From IMG/VR virus record IMGVR_UViG_3300028833_000053: a DNA stretch of 64,000 bases; one strand, 5' to 3'. Below the pieces are notes generated by a model, which did not search any database, was not told the origin of the DNA, and saw only the letters and a list, made by a program, of their open reading frames with translations. Below are positions 29,608 through 42,425 of this stretch, piece after piece. A program made the translations under genes and the position numbers. The DNA is from a virus. Its lineage: Duplodnaviria; Caudoviricetes. Position 1 is the first letter of the stretch, and the number at the start of each line of letters is the position of its first letter.

Positions 29608-29970
29608 TTAAAATTGTTTCAGCACTTCATGGAACCTGATTCTCACGTCCTCGTAGGGAATCTCGTCCAGCATCCTTGCCAAAGTAGCTGCAAGGGACTT
29701 GTGCCTTGTCCCCTCATGATACATTTCCCAGAGTTTCTTCCTCAATGCATCCCGTGTCTCGTCAGGATGCGTGGTGAGCTTCACCGATGGTTCAAGAATA
29801 ATCTGGTTCATCGTCCAGTCAAACCCAACGTTGCAAGATTCTACCGGAACTGTTGTAGAGCATGACAGCTGCTCCTTGTCTTGCTTGTGGACGGTGATTG
29901 AATAATCCCCAAGGTTCCTGTAATGCTGCTTGAGTCCTTCAATCTTTTTTATGAATTCATCTACTGTCAT
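29608..29970 (-). CDS. Hypothetical protein
   Basis: ORF immediately downstream of the tmRNA. Confidence 0.6.
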   Translation of the reverse strand: MTVDEFIKKIEGLKQHYRNLGDYSITVHKQDKEQLSCSTTVPVESCNVGFDWTMNQIILEPSVKLTTHPDETRDALRKKLWEMYHEGTRHKSLAATLARMLDEIPYEDVRIRFHEVLKQF

Positions 29971-29981
29971 TTTTGTCAAGT

Positions 29982-30347
29982 TGGTGGACTAGCCGGGAAT
30001 TGCACCCGGGTCTTGCTCAGGTTCAGATGCCACTTGGTCATATGCTTATGCCCATCTTGGTTTCATTCGGTACAGATAGGGCAATGACTCCCGAATGATT
30101 TTATGGGAATGGCTGCATGTGGACGTTCCCATATTCCACCACAGTTGCGTTGGTAAGTTAAGCCCAACAGGATATTCACGCACAATCTCTCCCATTGAAC
30201 TGCTGTCTTACTGATGTGTTTCAATCAAGCAGCGAGAGCATAATCGTTCTCATTTGAATTTCGGTCAATTTTTAGAGAAGCCACTTGACCAACTTCTGCA
30301 TACATAATGCCACCCTAACATCTGCCAATCGATACTAGTTCTAGCCC
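29982..30347 (-). ncRNA. ssrA: Transfer-messenger RNA
   Basis: Acceptor GGGCTAG/CTAGTCC-A-CCA with G3-U70 Ala identity; T arm CCGGG-TGCAATT-CCCGG; tag frame ...NENDYALAA-TGA ending at 30225; 366 nt. Confidence 0.93.
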
Positions 30348-30372
30348 ATAAATCGTTGTTGTCTATTTACAA

Positions 30373-30591
30373 TTATACCCGTTTCTTATCCTTCTTAGGT
30401 TTCTCGTCGGGGGTATCAATGCCGTTGATGGCGATAAACACGCCCTCAATGGATGGCAACCCCATCACCAGAAAGAACCAACACTTTTCTGTATGTCCGG
30501 CCCTGATTTCAATTCCCGCAACAAAGCACATCATACCAAACGCCAATATGCTGCACAGAACCATGAAATACTTGCCAAAGGTCATTTCCAT
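30373..30591 (-). CDS. Small two-TM membrane protein
   Basis: Two hydrophobic stretches. Confidence 0.6.
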   Translation of the reverse strand: MEMTFGKYFMVLCSILAFGMMCFVAGIEIRAGHTEKCWFFLVMGLPSIEGVFIAINGIDTPDEKPKKDKKRV

Positions 30592-30598
30592 TTTCCTT

Positions 30599-31012
30599 TC
30601 AGAACTCAATAATAACGCCCTCTGGGGACTGGAACAGAATCTGCCTGTCGGCGGTGTAGTTAATCCTGACCATTCCCTCATCCTTGAACACGCTATCCTC
30701 GTTTACCTCCCACCTCTTCACGTTCTCGGAAGCATCCAACTTGTTGAGAATGTACGGTGCATCGGTCTTCTTGACGAAAAACGCATACTCCCTCCACTTG
30801 CGGTCCTCCTGCTCCTTTTTGAACTTCTCTTCAACCAACTCGTCAATATAGTTCTCCACGCCGGTAAACCCCTTCTCCAGAAGGTACTTGAGAACGTCGG
30901 TGGAAAGGATGAAGTCATGCGCCTCCCCCCATCTGTTGTCAACCAAGGTTAACCGCTTGTCGTCCTTGTAGTTCTCCTTGCAGTTGACCGTCACTTTCTT
31001 GTTTTTCCACAT
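30599..31012 (-). CDS. Hypothetical protein
   Basis: AAGGAG SD. Confidence 0.65.
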   Translation of the reverse strand: MWKNKKVTVNCKENYKDDKRLTLVDNRWGEAHDFILSTDVLKYLLEKGFTGVENYIDELVEEKFKKEQEDRKWREYAFFVKKTDAPYILNKLDASENVKRWEVNEDSVFKDEGMVRINYTADRQILFQSPEGVIIEF

Positions 31013-31068
31013 TTCTGTTTCTCCTTGTTTTTGTTGTTAATGAATATCGCAGACGGCTGTCTCCTCTA

Positions 31069-31905
31069 TCAGGCAAACTTCAGCGTCCACTTGCAGAACC
31101 AATTGTCCCGGCAAGGCTTCACCACGCTGCTCTGGACGGTACGCGCTTTTGCAGGCTCATCATACTTGGTGAGGACATCAATGTTGACTCCACCGCTTTG
31201 ATAGGTTACGCCAATCTTGACCACGGCAACTCCATCCAAAAGGTCGGATGGAACGCACCCCTCAATACGCTCGGCAATCGTGTCGCAAGACAGACCCTCA
31301 TCATCGTGCTGCCCAAGCATCAGAACGCCATTCTCAAACCAGATGTTCTCTATGCCCCAGAAAGAGTTCTCTGCGTCCTTCGCCACGGGCATCACGGATG
31401 CGTATTGGTCTCCGAAGTCCCTGAGCGACTGGATGAGCTGCCTGAAAGTCAAGGGGGCTTCACCGCCCTTTTCTGTGGCAGCCTCGCCCTTCACCAAAAT
31501 CCTATTGACAACAGATTCCCTCATCTTGCCAAAGTCCAGTTTAGAGGAGCCAGTGTCCTTGTTGGAAATTGTATCATGTCCACGGACATTGTTGCCTTGA
31601 AGCGGGATGTATGCCCTAAGACTTCCCTCCTGCCCGATGTACAGGACGAAAGCGACTGGCAGCTCGTCAAGTCCCTGCGTGTAGCACCACGCCACAGGGA
31701 AACTTGCATCATCAGTCCCCACAATCTCGCATGTTGGAATCTCCCAGTTGATGAATCCAACAATGTCATGACCGACGTCCACCTTGGACAAATCCTTGCG
31801 AACCTTGAGTTTGTCGTTGTCAACTATCGCCTTGAGACCACCATTGTCCTCAATCATCTTCTGGATGTCAGCAATGGTCTGGTTTGGTTTCGCGTATCTG
31901 CTCAT
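31069..31905 (-). CDS. Hypothetical protein
   Basis: First gene after the promoter at 31937-31965. Confidence 0.7.
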   Translation of the reverse strand: MSRYAKPNQTIADIQKMIEDNGGLKAIVDNDKLKVRKDLSKVDVGHDIVGFINWEIPTCEIVGTDDASFPVAWCYTQGLDELPVAFVLYIGQEGSLRAYIPLQGNNVRGHDTISNKDTGSSKLDFGKMRESVVNRILVKGEAATEKGGEAPLTFRQLIQSLRDFGDQYASVMPVAKDAENSFWGIENIWFENGVLMLGQHDDEGLSCDTIAERIEGCVPSDLLDGVAVVKIGVTYQSGGVNIDVLTKYDEPAKARTVQSSVVKPCRDNWFCKWTLKFA

Positions 31906-31936
31906 GTTTTCTCCTTGTTTTCCTCAGAACACCTAC

Positions 31937-31965
31937 AGTATATCAAATCTCACGACGGATGTCAA
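31937..31965 (-). promoter_or_regulatory. Sigma70-type early promoter
   Basis: TTGACA-17-TATACT. Confidence 0.85.
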
Positions 31966-31984
31966 GGGGGTCTACATCATTATT

Positions 31985-32170
31985 TCAATGACGCTTTCCC
32001 CTGAGACGCAGGAACTTGTCCCGCTTCTTGTAGAACTCCTTGACCTTCTTGGCGTTCGGAGCCTTGCCACCGACGATGCGCCCGTTTTCATGGACATACT
32101 CGCAGTTGGCAACAATCACCTCGGAAGCCCTGCGCTCCCAACTCCTCAATACGGTGTTCTTCATTTTCAC
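31985..32170 (-). CDS. Small basic protein
   Basis: AAGGAG SD after the promoter at 32198-32226. Confidence 0.6.
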   Translation of the reverse strand: MKMKNTVLRSWERRASEVIVANCEYVHENGRIVGGKAPNAKKVKEFYKKRDKFLRLRGKRH

Positions 32171-32197
32171 TTCTCCTTGTTTTCTCTTGACACCTAC

Positions 32198-32226
32198 AGT
32201 ATACCAAATGCGGTGGGGAAAGTCAA
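32198..32226 (-). promoter_or_regulatory. Sigma70-type early promoter
   Basis: TTGACT-17-TATACT. Confidence 0.8.
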
Positions 32227-32260
32227 GGGGGGTCGGGAAGATTTATGTTGAATTCAATTA

Positions 32261-35200
32261 TCAACCAAACTTGTATTTTCTGTCGTCCAAGGCGCGGTTT
32301 ATGAGAGTTTTGCCTTGAATATGGATTGACTGGGAGTCCGTTCCATAGCACTCAAATTCCAGCATGACCTTGTTTATGTCCTTTGTGGGTTCGTTTATCT
32401 CCGTGACCTCTCCAGTCCAACGGCTTTCAAGCGCAATAGAATCATAGAAACCGTTGTTTGGAACGTCACGGTATATCTGCAAAGGTATGGAGTTGCCGGA
32501 AATCTCCACAAGTTCCACGTTACCAATTGAGATATACTTCTTGTCAATGTATATGCGCAGCTTCGTGGTGGATTCGTCAAGGTTGTTCGCCATAGTCTCG
32601 TCACCGAAATTACGCCTTGTCCTTGTGTCATCCGCCCGAACTTGCGTAGTGCCATTCTCCTTCAACGTTCCGGCAATCCTGTTCAAATACTTTGTCCTTG
32701 TTGTCGGGATGTTGATGTAGAGGTCGTAGGTGTTGTTGGAGTTGATTATGTAGATGAATGGAATCGCGTACAAGTCCATCAACGTGTTGCCCTTCTGATC
32801 ATAGATGAAGTCATAGAACTCCGTTCCCTCCAATGACGGGTTCCTTTGGGACTTTGGAAACACCTGGTCATCGTCATATGTCGTTGCTGGGTTTGACACG
32901 GCTGCCGTTATGATTCCGGGGTTGGTGTCCGTGTATGCGAACATTCCACCCGCGGCGAATATGTCCGTTGAAACTTGAATTGAATCAACTCTATGATCGG
33001 TAACTTCGTCAACGTTGTCAACGGGACTTTCCGGAATAACGCCAATGTCCTGCGTCTCCGTGAACTCGGTCGGCACCAATTGAAACGGGGAGAAATTCTC
33101 CGCATATTGGTTTACCTTCGCCGAAATAACGTCAAAGTAATACGCCTGGTCTCCGTGGTGCTTCTAGTCCATGTGCTTCTTGATGACATAGGACTTCAAG
33201 GTTTCGGATAGGGCGGTCTTCAAGTCGTCCATGTTGTCTATGGAAACCTGACCAAGTACGGTCTTGTAGAACACCTTGAAGAAGCCCTTGTTTGTCAGCA
33301 CGAAAAAACAGCTCTTGGCGTTCATCAGCTTGAAACTGCCAGCTATGATGTCGTATATCACCAAAGGTTCAACATTATTATTTCTGTTGTCTATCGTGAA
33401 GTTGCTGTTCGGTTGCCTTGAATAGTTTTGGAGAATTTCGTATATGTCTATCTTGCGATGGGCGTATAGGTCGATGTCGGGAACCGTTATTTCCCTCAGT
33501 TGTGGCTTGGTGAAGTCCTCTTCCTTGTCTTGAATCTTCGTAATGACGTAAAGTGAGTAGAGGGAATCCGCAGTTCTGAACATATGCGGGTTTATTATCT
33601 CGTATGGAAGTTTCTGGATTACACCACCATCCTTCGCTGGACGGCACTTGAAAACGGCATAGCCGTCCTCTCGTCCCTGTTGCTCATCGTGGAACATGCC
33701 ATAGTAACATCCATCTATCTCGTTGATGTCAAGGATGTCCACCATGTCCTTGTTCTTGGATATGTTCTGGAAACGCAGTTGGCTTTCGTCGAACAAGGTG
33801 TCGCCGAATATTATGTTGTTGTACCTTTGGAAGTCAATTGCAAGGTTGCCCGGACATTCGGGCCATTCCTCGATGTCAACATATTTGTTCCACTTTCCAT
33901 AAAGGCGTATAGTCCATTTCCTCGGAAGGTTGGAATCAAGTTCCTCGGTCGACCCTTCCTTGAAATTGCTCTTGTAGTCCAAGTAGATGTTCTGGAATTC
34001 AAGATCATGTGGGGTTATAAGCACGGAATGGAACGTCTCAATCTTCATCGTGGCGTTCTCCTTCTGAATCAGTATTTGCCCCTTGGAGTCCTTCAACTCC
34101 GCGGCGTGGTCGAATCTGTACAGATAGTTGTCGTCCTTGAACAACACATAGAGGCTGTCCCAATTCTGTTCATACGCCATGTCAAGTATCTCATACTTCG
34201 TGGCATATACATATCCAGTAAGGTTGGAAACGTACCACAAATCGGCCGCCGGGGGATCTGAGGGATACAGTCTTGCGTTTTCCTCGTTGTAGCACAATAT
34301 GGAATAGGAATCCTTTATGGACGTTGTGTCAACCATTGACAGGTCTCTGTTGAGGAACTTGAATATCCACTTGTTTTCAACGTCAGTGTTTATCGGGAAG
34401 TCGGTCCATTGGAAAGATGGCGTATATTGGTATTCACCGTTCACCAACCTCTTGTTCTCCAGCAACTGGCTGGCGTAGTCGCCATGTGCCAAGAACTTGT
34501 ACCACATCACGCGCTCATATTCTATCTCATCTGGATTGTCTGGATTCTTCTTCACCTGCTTCACGAAGAGGTTGTAGTACCCATCAAACACGTATGCGCC
34601 AACGACATGCCCATAGATGGTTGTCTCAATGACATTGAGATAGCGCACTATGTACGTCAAATCTTCGGTATCGGAATAGTCTCCGCCGAATATCTCAACG
34701 ATGATGTCACTGTTGTCGTCAACTCTGTTGAGACGTTTATACAACTCCAGCAAAGTGCGGTCTCTCAAGGCAAATATCCCCGTGCGAACCCCATCCAAAA
34801 CGGCGGCGCCGTTATGCGTAATGTCGGTTGGGGCCGTGCCAATCTTGTAGTATTGATCACCAAACCTTTCAACTAGATGTTTCAACACATGCAAATAGTC
34901 CCTATCGGCGAATCCCGTGATTCGCTTTTCACTGTAGTTGGAGAAGTCGTTGAAGAATTGGTTGAACAAATAGGTGTCCAGTGCCTCCTTGCTCTGGTCG
35001 TATTCCTGTGCTGCATCACCCTCTTTGTACCCAAACAAGCCAGTGGCTCCGTTCCAATCACCCTAATGCGTTGGGAAATCAACCTGCACGTCATAGTCAA
35101 ACCTGCACAGGTCACGTATGTCGGAAACAGAAAGACTTTGCACCAATTCATCGTATATCAACGTCATGAAGGAGTGGAACTGCGTCAAGAGCAACCTGAA

Positions 35201-38200
35201 ATACTCATCGTTCTTCAACGTCATGCGCGTTACAAGTTGCTGTACCTTCTCGCGCATTGCGATAGGAACAACGGTGTCAATCGCCCCCGTTGACTTGTAT
35301 ATCAAGTTCTTCCATTGATCGTCGGTTATGGACGTGCGAATGGTTTTCACAGTACTCGCAACGTCCATCCATATCTTGTACTTGCCCTCCGTGAACGCAT
35401 CGGAATCCAACGGAACATGAATGATTGGGAGGTATATGTTGTGTTCAACCTGATACTGCCTGCCATATATGTCGCCTGAAAATTGGAAACTCTCTCCTGG
35501 AGGCAGAACGGTCAAAAGCGTCGGAACGTCTATGCAACCTGAATCTATTGCCAGAGGACTTCTTTTCAACTTGATGTAGTATGAATAATCAGTCCATTCC
35601 AAATCCTCATATTTGCTCACCGTACCCAGGTTCGTTGGAATCGTGGCAAATCCATAATCCAAGTCACCTACCGACTGGCTGTTTGCGTCAATCATCGGTA
35701 TGACATTTTGCACGGACAATATTCCACTTGGGTCTTTGCTGACAAGAAGATTCTGCTGTACATATGCCTAGCCATTTGCCGGTATATGCATCCAAAGATA
35801 CTTCAACCTCTTTATCTGCAACCTGAACTTAAGAACCGTTTTGGTTTCGGTTATATATGGCGGGTCATAATCAGGATCGGTTGGGGGAACTGTATAATCC
35901 GGGTCTACCACATCGGCGGTGACAGTCTCCTTAACAACACCCATGCAAGCAACGGGTTGGTTTTCATACACGTAAAACGCCTGGTCGGTGCCACTTGGAA
36001 CGCCTGTTATTGTATAGCAGGATGTTTTTCCCTCAGAAAGTAGTTCTCCCGTTGGTTCGTCCCCCTGAAGTCCGGAAAACTTCACTTTGAAAGAACCATT
36101 AATCCCAACCCATCCGTTGTCATAGTTCACCGTATTTCCTTGACCATTAACATAAGAACCCTAGACCAAGCCAGTGAGCGGCATGACAACATCCAAAGAC
36201 TCGTCTTCACTTCCTTCTGGAATTGAATACTCAAACGATGCACTTTCATCAAGTCCTTGTCCTACAACAATATCACTTGATTCATTCTTTTGCTTGACCC
36301 ACAAAACGTCTTTTCCCCCCACTGCGGGCCAATCCTCAAAGACTATGCCTCGTGCGTCTGAATTCACGACATTATCTTTGATAAGGCAATATGTTCCCTT
36401 GCTCACAAAAGCCAAGTCGGAATTCTTGAACGTCAAATACACGTCCGCTGAATGGGAACTTCCAATTGAAGATATCTTGAAATTGGACGTGAGAAAACTT
36501 TTAGTCAGACCAGGGGCTTCATTTCCAAATGCCGCCTTTTGCGAACAATGAGCCTTCGTACCCTCTTTCTTGTGGCTGATAATGTCTTTTATATCATATA
36601 TGCCTGCGCCATCCTTTTGACCCAGATACAGTTCCTTGACTCCAGACTTGTCCCTTTCCTTCACTTGATACACGTCGCCATATATAATGGTTTCACCCAA
36701 ATTCACTTGGGTGATGGTTCCTCCAACATCCTTGTCCGACGGCAAGGGTTTGCTCAATTCCCAGATGCTGTTGTCCTCTTGCGAATTTATCAACGTTTCC
36801 GTTTCGACAAGTTTCTTTGTTATGTCTGGAGCGGTGTCGGGAACGGAGTTGTTTATCCTTATGAACAACTAACGTATGAGTTCAGGCTTAAATATTTGCT
36901 TTGATGTGTTCTCTTCCTTAAGCATTGCACTCACAATTTCTGACGTAAATCCATCATCTGGCGTTTCCCCAATATCCTTTATGGCATCTGAGCGCATCAA
37001 CCTATCACTGAATCCCGACAATGAAAACCTAATAGTGTCTTTTTGTATTGACTTGTGCTTTGTCTTCTCCTTCAAGTTGTACACAATTTGATCGTATTCA
37101 ACTTCATGGGTGTTGCTTCCACTGTCTTGCAAAATCGTATAGGTCACGAGATATTGCATCCCCCCATGACCCCTATCAAACACCGGAACAAACTTCACTT
37201 GACACACAACGTTCTTGACTATTGCATTGCATATCATGAACTTCTCGTCATATGTGCTTTCAGCGGTGTCAAGAAGATATTCCATCAACTTCTTGTTCTG
37301 CATCAAGTACAAATCAAACACGCACTCGTATGTGAACTGGTCAACCTTGGACACGCGCCTTACCTCAAACGCCGGCTTGTCAACCAATGGAATCGACGAC
37401 AACGGCGCTTTTGGTGCTGTTTTCGTCTGGAACGTGTCTTGAATCTCCTTGTACAAATACTGGTACAATCTACCGTCCTGTATATGGGAATCGTCAATGT
37501 CATGAAGGTTGTTCTTGAACACCTCTTGGTACTTGTTCTAGTCTTGACCGCTGCACCTGTTCTCCCAAGCCTGCATATAGTTGTCAAAAGAAGCACTGTC
37601 AGTGAATAGGTCAAGATAAAGGTCAAGGTTCCGTGGTGATATGGTCACTGAACTTGCCGTATTTCCAGAATAGTCCAACAGGCTTTGGACAATCTGATTC
37701 ATCATATACTGCTTTATGTTCGCCAAGAGATTGTCCCTCAACTGCTCAAACGTGTACATGGTTGAGAAATCAAACGTCAATGCGTCTATATCGGAGAACT
37801 GCAACTTGAATATGCGCATCGTGTTCAAGTTTATTATGTACCGTCCAATGCTTCCGTTCGCGCCTCTTGCCGTCAAATGTATGAACTTACCTTCGTTTCC
37901 ATTATAGTTCGTGTTGAAATCCACAATGCGCTGTCCGGTTCCATTCAACCTATCCGTTACGGCGAATCCACTTACATAGGTCAACTTGTTTCCTTCGGAA
38001 TCCGTGACGCCGCCCTTGTCCTCGGCAAGCACAGGTGCAATCTTGAGGATTTCCGGTGGGTCAAAGGCGTCCGCAGTGGAATACCAGATGACGGTCATTT
38101 CCCTTGTCTCTTCATCTTCCTCTATTTCGCCAATTCCAATTTGCTTGTTCTTTGGAGTACCATCTTCTTCAACGGGCGACTCAAGAACGTCACCACCGAC

Positions 38201-41200
38201 AATGGTATAGGTTTCGGACCACGCGGACCAATCAAGCCAAACGGAATTCACGTTGTTTCTGGCGTCCGATTCAACGTCCTTCAAGATGAACGCCTTGCTT
38301 CCTGTTTCACTTTCGGTAATCAATCCATTCGTGTCAATCGTGCCTCGGACGATTCTTCCGGGAGAAATGGACAGGTTCTTGTCGAACAAATCACCTATTA
38401 CCTGTGAACGTGTTTCGCCATTCACGTCTATTGTCATTACAAGTTTGCTGACTACATCACGTCCCTGGGTTTCATGTACAAGGCTCAATCTGCATTTTGT
38501 GTTCTTCAACAATCCAGAGAACAAAGTTCCATCCCCAAGGTTTGAAAGCGTTGCGACCGTCATTGGGTAGGATTCCCTCATCCTCTGTATTTCATTAGCC
38601 AAGTACCAGCCAAAGGTGCGGTCCTTGTTCCAAAGCAAATCCCATCTGAAAACGCCCTTATCCGCCCACATGGATTCACCAGACCCCGCATCCGTGTAGA
38701 AACTGTCGTAAATGCACCATTCGTTTGAAAGGCGGTCAATCACGGGGGTCTGAAAACGCCTAAACGCCTATATGACGTTCCAATCAATGTTCGCGCCATC
38801 CTTCAAGAACTGGAATTCAAGATTCCATTTCGGGAACGTGGCGTAGCCGTCCATTGAGACTTCCAGCATCGTAAGTTTGTTGTCGTCAACCCCTGCGTAC
38901 TTCAACCTCTTGTACTCGCCGCCCTGCTTCTCCAAAATGTACCTGATACCGTCAAACTTGAACTTGTCGTTGATGACCTCAACCTTGAACTCCTTTCCGT
39001 CAGAATCACTTGGCACAAACTCCGTCGTGGCGGCGTCGAGGGTTATCACCGTCTTTCCGTCAACAGTCTCTATGGCATACTCGCAACCGTTGATTTTGAA
39101 CTTGTTGTCAACGATTTCAATTTGATCGCAAGCCGCCTCCATGTCCTTTTGGAACTCGTTGAAGTAAAGCGCATTGATCTTTCCCTCAACTTCCACTGCA
39201 TAGTATTCAATGTCGTTGAACACAAACTTCCTGTCAATGAGCTTTATCTTGTCATAGTAAAGGTAGTATTCAAGGTAGTTCGTCAACTTGAAATAACTTA
39301 TGTCCTCTATGTCAAAGTTGTCGCCCGCTTGTCTGTCCAAATGTGAGGCATCCTTGTCCACCAGCGGGGCGGATGACTCGGGTCCCTTTCCATCGACAAA
39401 GACCAATGGATATTCAAGTCCCTCATGGTTAACATAGAACTTGTCCGTTGTACAATAGTACATATCCTCGTCTTTCGTGAAAGTCACATAATCGTCGTGC
39501 TTGAAATACGCGGGTCTGTACAATTGCGTCCTGACAAAAGCCTTCAACAACTCGCTTTGGGTTTGGTTTTCAACAGGGTACAACCAACCAGAAACCTTGT
39601 CCCATTTTCTCACGCCAACTCCCCCATCGGGATTGTTGAAACGAAGCCTTGAACCATCAAACATCTTGGACTCCTTGAGGAAGTCCACGTTGTGATCTGG
39701 AACGAACAAATTGTCTATCTTCCCCGTTTTTCCAGATGGAGCGTCATCTACCTGCACAAACAATTCCATGTACGTGTTGTAGTCGGTGAAGAACGGCATT
39801 GACTTCACGCCGGCGATGACCTCTGTTTTAACGTTGGAGGCGGACATTATGTCCATGACGTCCGGTTTTGACAGAAAAACCTTGTCTTGGTATATGTATG
39901 GTCCGATTCTGGGATAGCGGTTATTGTCCTCGGGAAGGACGTTGCCGAAAGAATCGGTTGACGTGTACTCACCCAAAATCAAGGCAGTCATAACCCTGTC
40001 CTTGATATACGCCTGTATGTTTTGAATGGTTTGCCTGAAACTGGCTTCCGTTATGGTGACAAGTCCGCCAGAGGGGAATGTATTGTAGTCGGCATGCAGA
40101 TGCTTGCGCATATATTCCCTGAAATATCCAAGTAGGGGATATGTGTCAACAAGGACATCGCAAAGATGCTCTATGAAAGCATCCCTTTGTTCTGGGGTTT
40201 CATAAAGCCCCTGAACCCAAGTTGAACCCTCGTAATATCCAGCGTATTCATCCAAGATTCTCTTCAGCAACGTTTCTTTGCTTGTCTTGCCGGAATCTGG
40301 GGTCTGTATCAACCAATTCCAACCAGCGTCTCCGGCTGCGTCTATATCCTATATGTTTTTGTCCGTGACCAGAAGGTTCAACGCATCGCAGTAGTCATAC
40401 AACGATGTCGCAGAACCGTTCTTTGACTTCACGAATTTTTCAATTGACGAGAATTTCCCGTTGTTGGCAATCAAGGTTTCCGAATGGGATGTCGCACCTA
40501 TCTTGAACGAGAGGTTGTCAAACAACTTGTTGGTGACAAGATCATTCAATGTCTTGCAAAAGTAGTTCCTTGAAGTGTCTGTTGCAGAATAATGGTTCTG
40601 CTCCAAATACCATTCACAACGCTCCGGACGTGCCACTTGGTTGTAGAGCCACTTTATGAACGCACTGACCAATCCCGGCATGGAAAACAGCAAGGTCTCA
40701 AACTGGAATTGGGTCATATGCACCAAAATTTGGATAGGATCAGTGCCCTCTTCGTCTTGATCGTAAATGGCAAAATACTTTGTTCCACCCATGAACGGGT
40801 GCGCCTTGTTTGCCAAGCTGTATATCTATGCAAGATAGGATGGATAGTCATAGTTGCCCGAACCGTGTGGTTCTTGATGTTCAGGATGTTCCTAGTCATC
40901 TGAAGTCAACACGTCTCCGACATAGAAGCACTTGTAGTAGGTATCGTTGATCTGCTTCCATATCTTGTCATACTCAACAACCTTGTCAAGTTCAACGTCA
41001 TAACGTTTATCGTCTTCTTCCAAAGAACTGTCGTTGAACATGCTTGTCGGGAATATCGTCGGAACAATGACCTTGTTTATGTGCCCGTTGTATTCCTTCA
41101 GAACCCCATCCGGATTGGAAACCGAGGGCGTATGGGTCTTGCTTGTGCGCGTGTAGGAATACGTTATGTCGCGTGTGTTGTTTGGCTCTATGTCCCAAAA

Positions 41201-42331
41201 GCCATAGTTGGTCATAAGCACGTTCACCGTGTCAAGTGTCTTTATGGAATCAACCTTGGCAAACACGTCTTTCGGATGCACAACCAACTGGTCAACCACA
41301 AGGGTGTTTACCGTACTGAATCCATACAACTTGTCATAGGACTCGTTGTTGAAATAGAAGTAGCGGTACTCGTCATCGTTCTCGCGCTTGAACACCACAA
41401 ACAACGTGAGGCGGTTGTCTATCACATGGAATCCACAGAAAATAAATTCATATACACCATCCAAGTTTGGAATCAACTTGCCTATGTCATACAAGGTCAT
41501 TCCTTGGAAAGTTGTCTTTTTGGTTCCGTCGTCAAGGGTTTCCGTTGTGTATGTTGGACTCAAACCATACAGTCCCATTGAAAGACACACTATGTACTTG
41601 CAAGCTGGTATTACCTTGCCGAACATAACTGCTGATGAAGTATCTGGCTCAATCTTGTTCCTATACAGTTGATTCTCTATTGCGGTGTTAACCCTCTATT
41701 TTGCAAATTGAAGGAACTCGTTGAACGTTTGGGGTGATGTGGTTCCAGAGAAGATATTGGCGGAAGCATCCAAGGTCAAAGGCGCATTGAAGGGGTTGAC
41801 GTTTTTCCCCCAGGGGTTGGGGTTGGTGAAGAAGTCGTTCATGCCCTCGGCTATGTTTATCTAATCATACTCCTTTTTTGCAACTTCGTCCGTTTTCCTA
41901 ACAATGCCATACCACACCGCGTCAAGGTTCAAGAAACTGATTGTACCGGGTTCATATGGAATGTCGCATACGTCATATTCGAGTTTGCGAGACTTGAAGC
42001 TTCCAACACCATCATCAACTTCAAGAATCAACTTCGTGTTGTCATCCAACTCTCGCACATCGCTCTCCTCCAATTTGCTTCTCATGTCGAAGTAGGAATC
42101 CCGCGTTCCATATACTGGAGAGTCAAGCAAGCCCCATGCATACTGCAAGTTCACGATGTAGTTTGACAAAAGCGAGTTCAACGTCACGGAGTTCGCTATC
42201 TGGTAATCGTGTATCAAGATGTCGTCACGCTCGGGCTTGCGCAATCCACTTCCGGAAGCCAATATGAACTGCTTAAGCGTGTTGCTCTCAACCAATGTCC
42301 TGTTCTTCAAGTCTGCTACGTTGTTTATCAT
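32261..42331 (-). CDS. Giant 3356-aa late (probably virion) protein with 12 in-frame TAG
   Basis: Eleven track ORFs lie in one frame; every gap checked manually contains only TAG stops; ends TGA; TGGTAAATA at 42362-42370. Confidence 0.88.
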
Positions 42332-42361
42332 GGTATTCTTCCAATCTAACCTATATAGTGG

Positions 42362-42405
42362 TATTTACCATTCCAAAACATTTTCAACTTTGACGATGGT
42401 AAATA
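42362..42405. promoter_or_regulatory. Divergent pair of TGGTAAATA motifs
   Basis: TATTTACCA at 42362-42370 and TGGTAAATA at 42397-42405 between divergent genes. Confidence 0.7.
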
Positions 42406-42425
42406 CAACGTGAAAGGTGCAAGAT

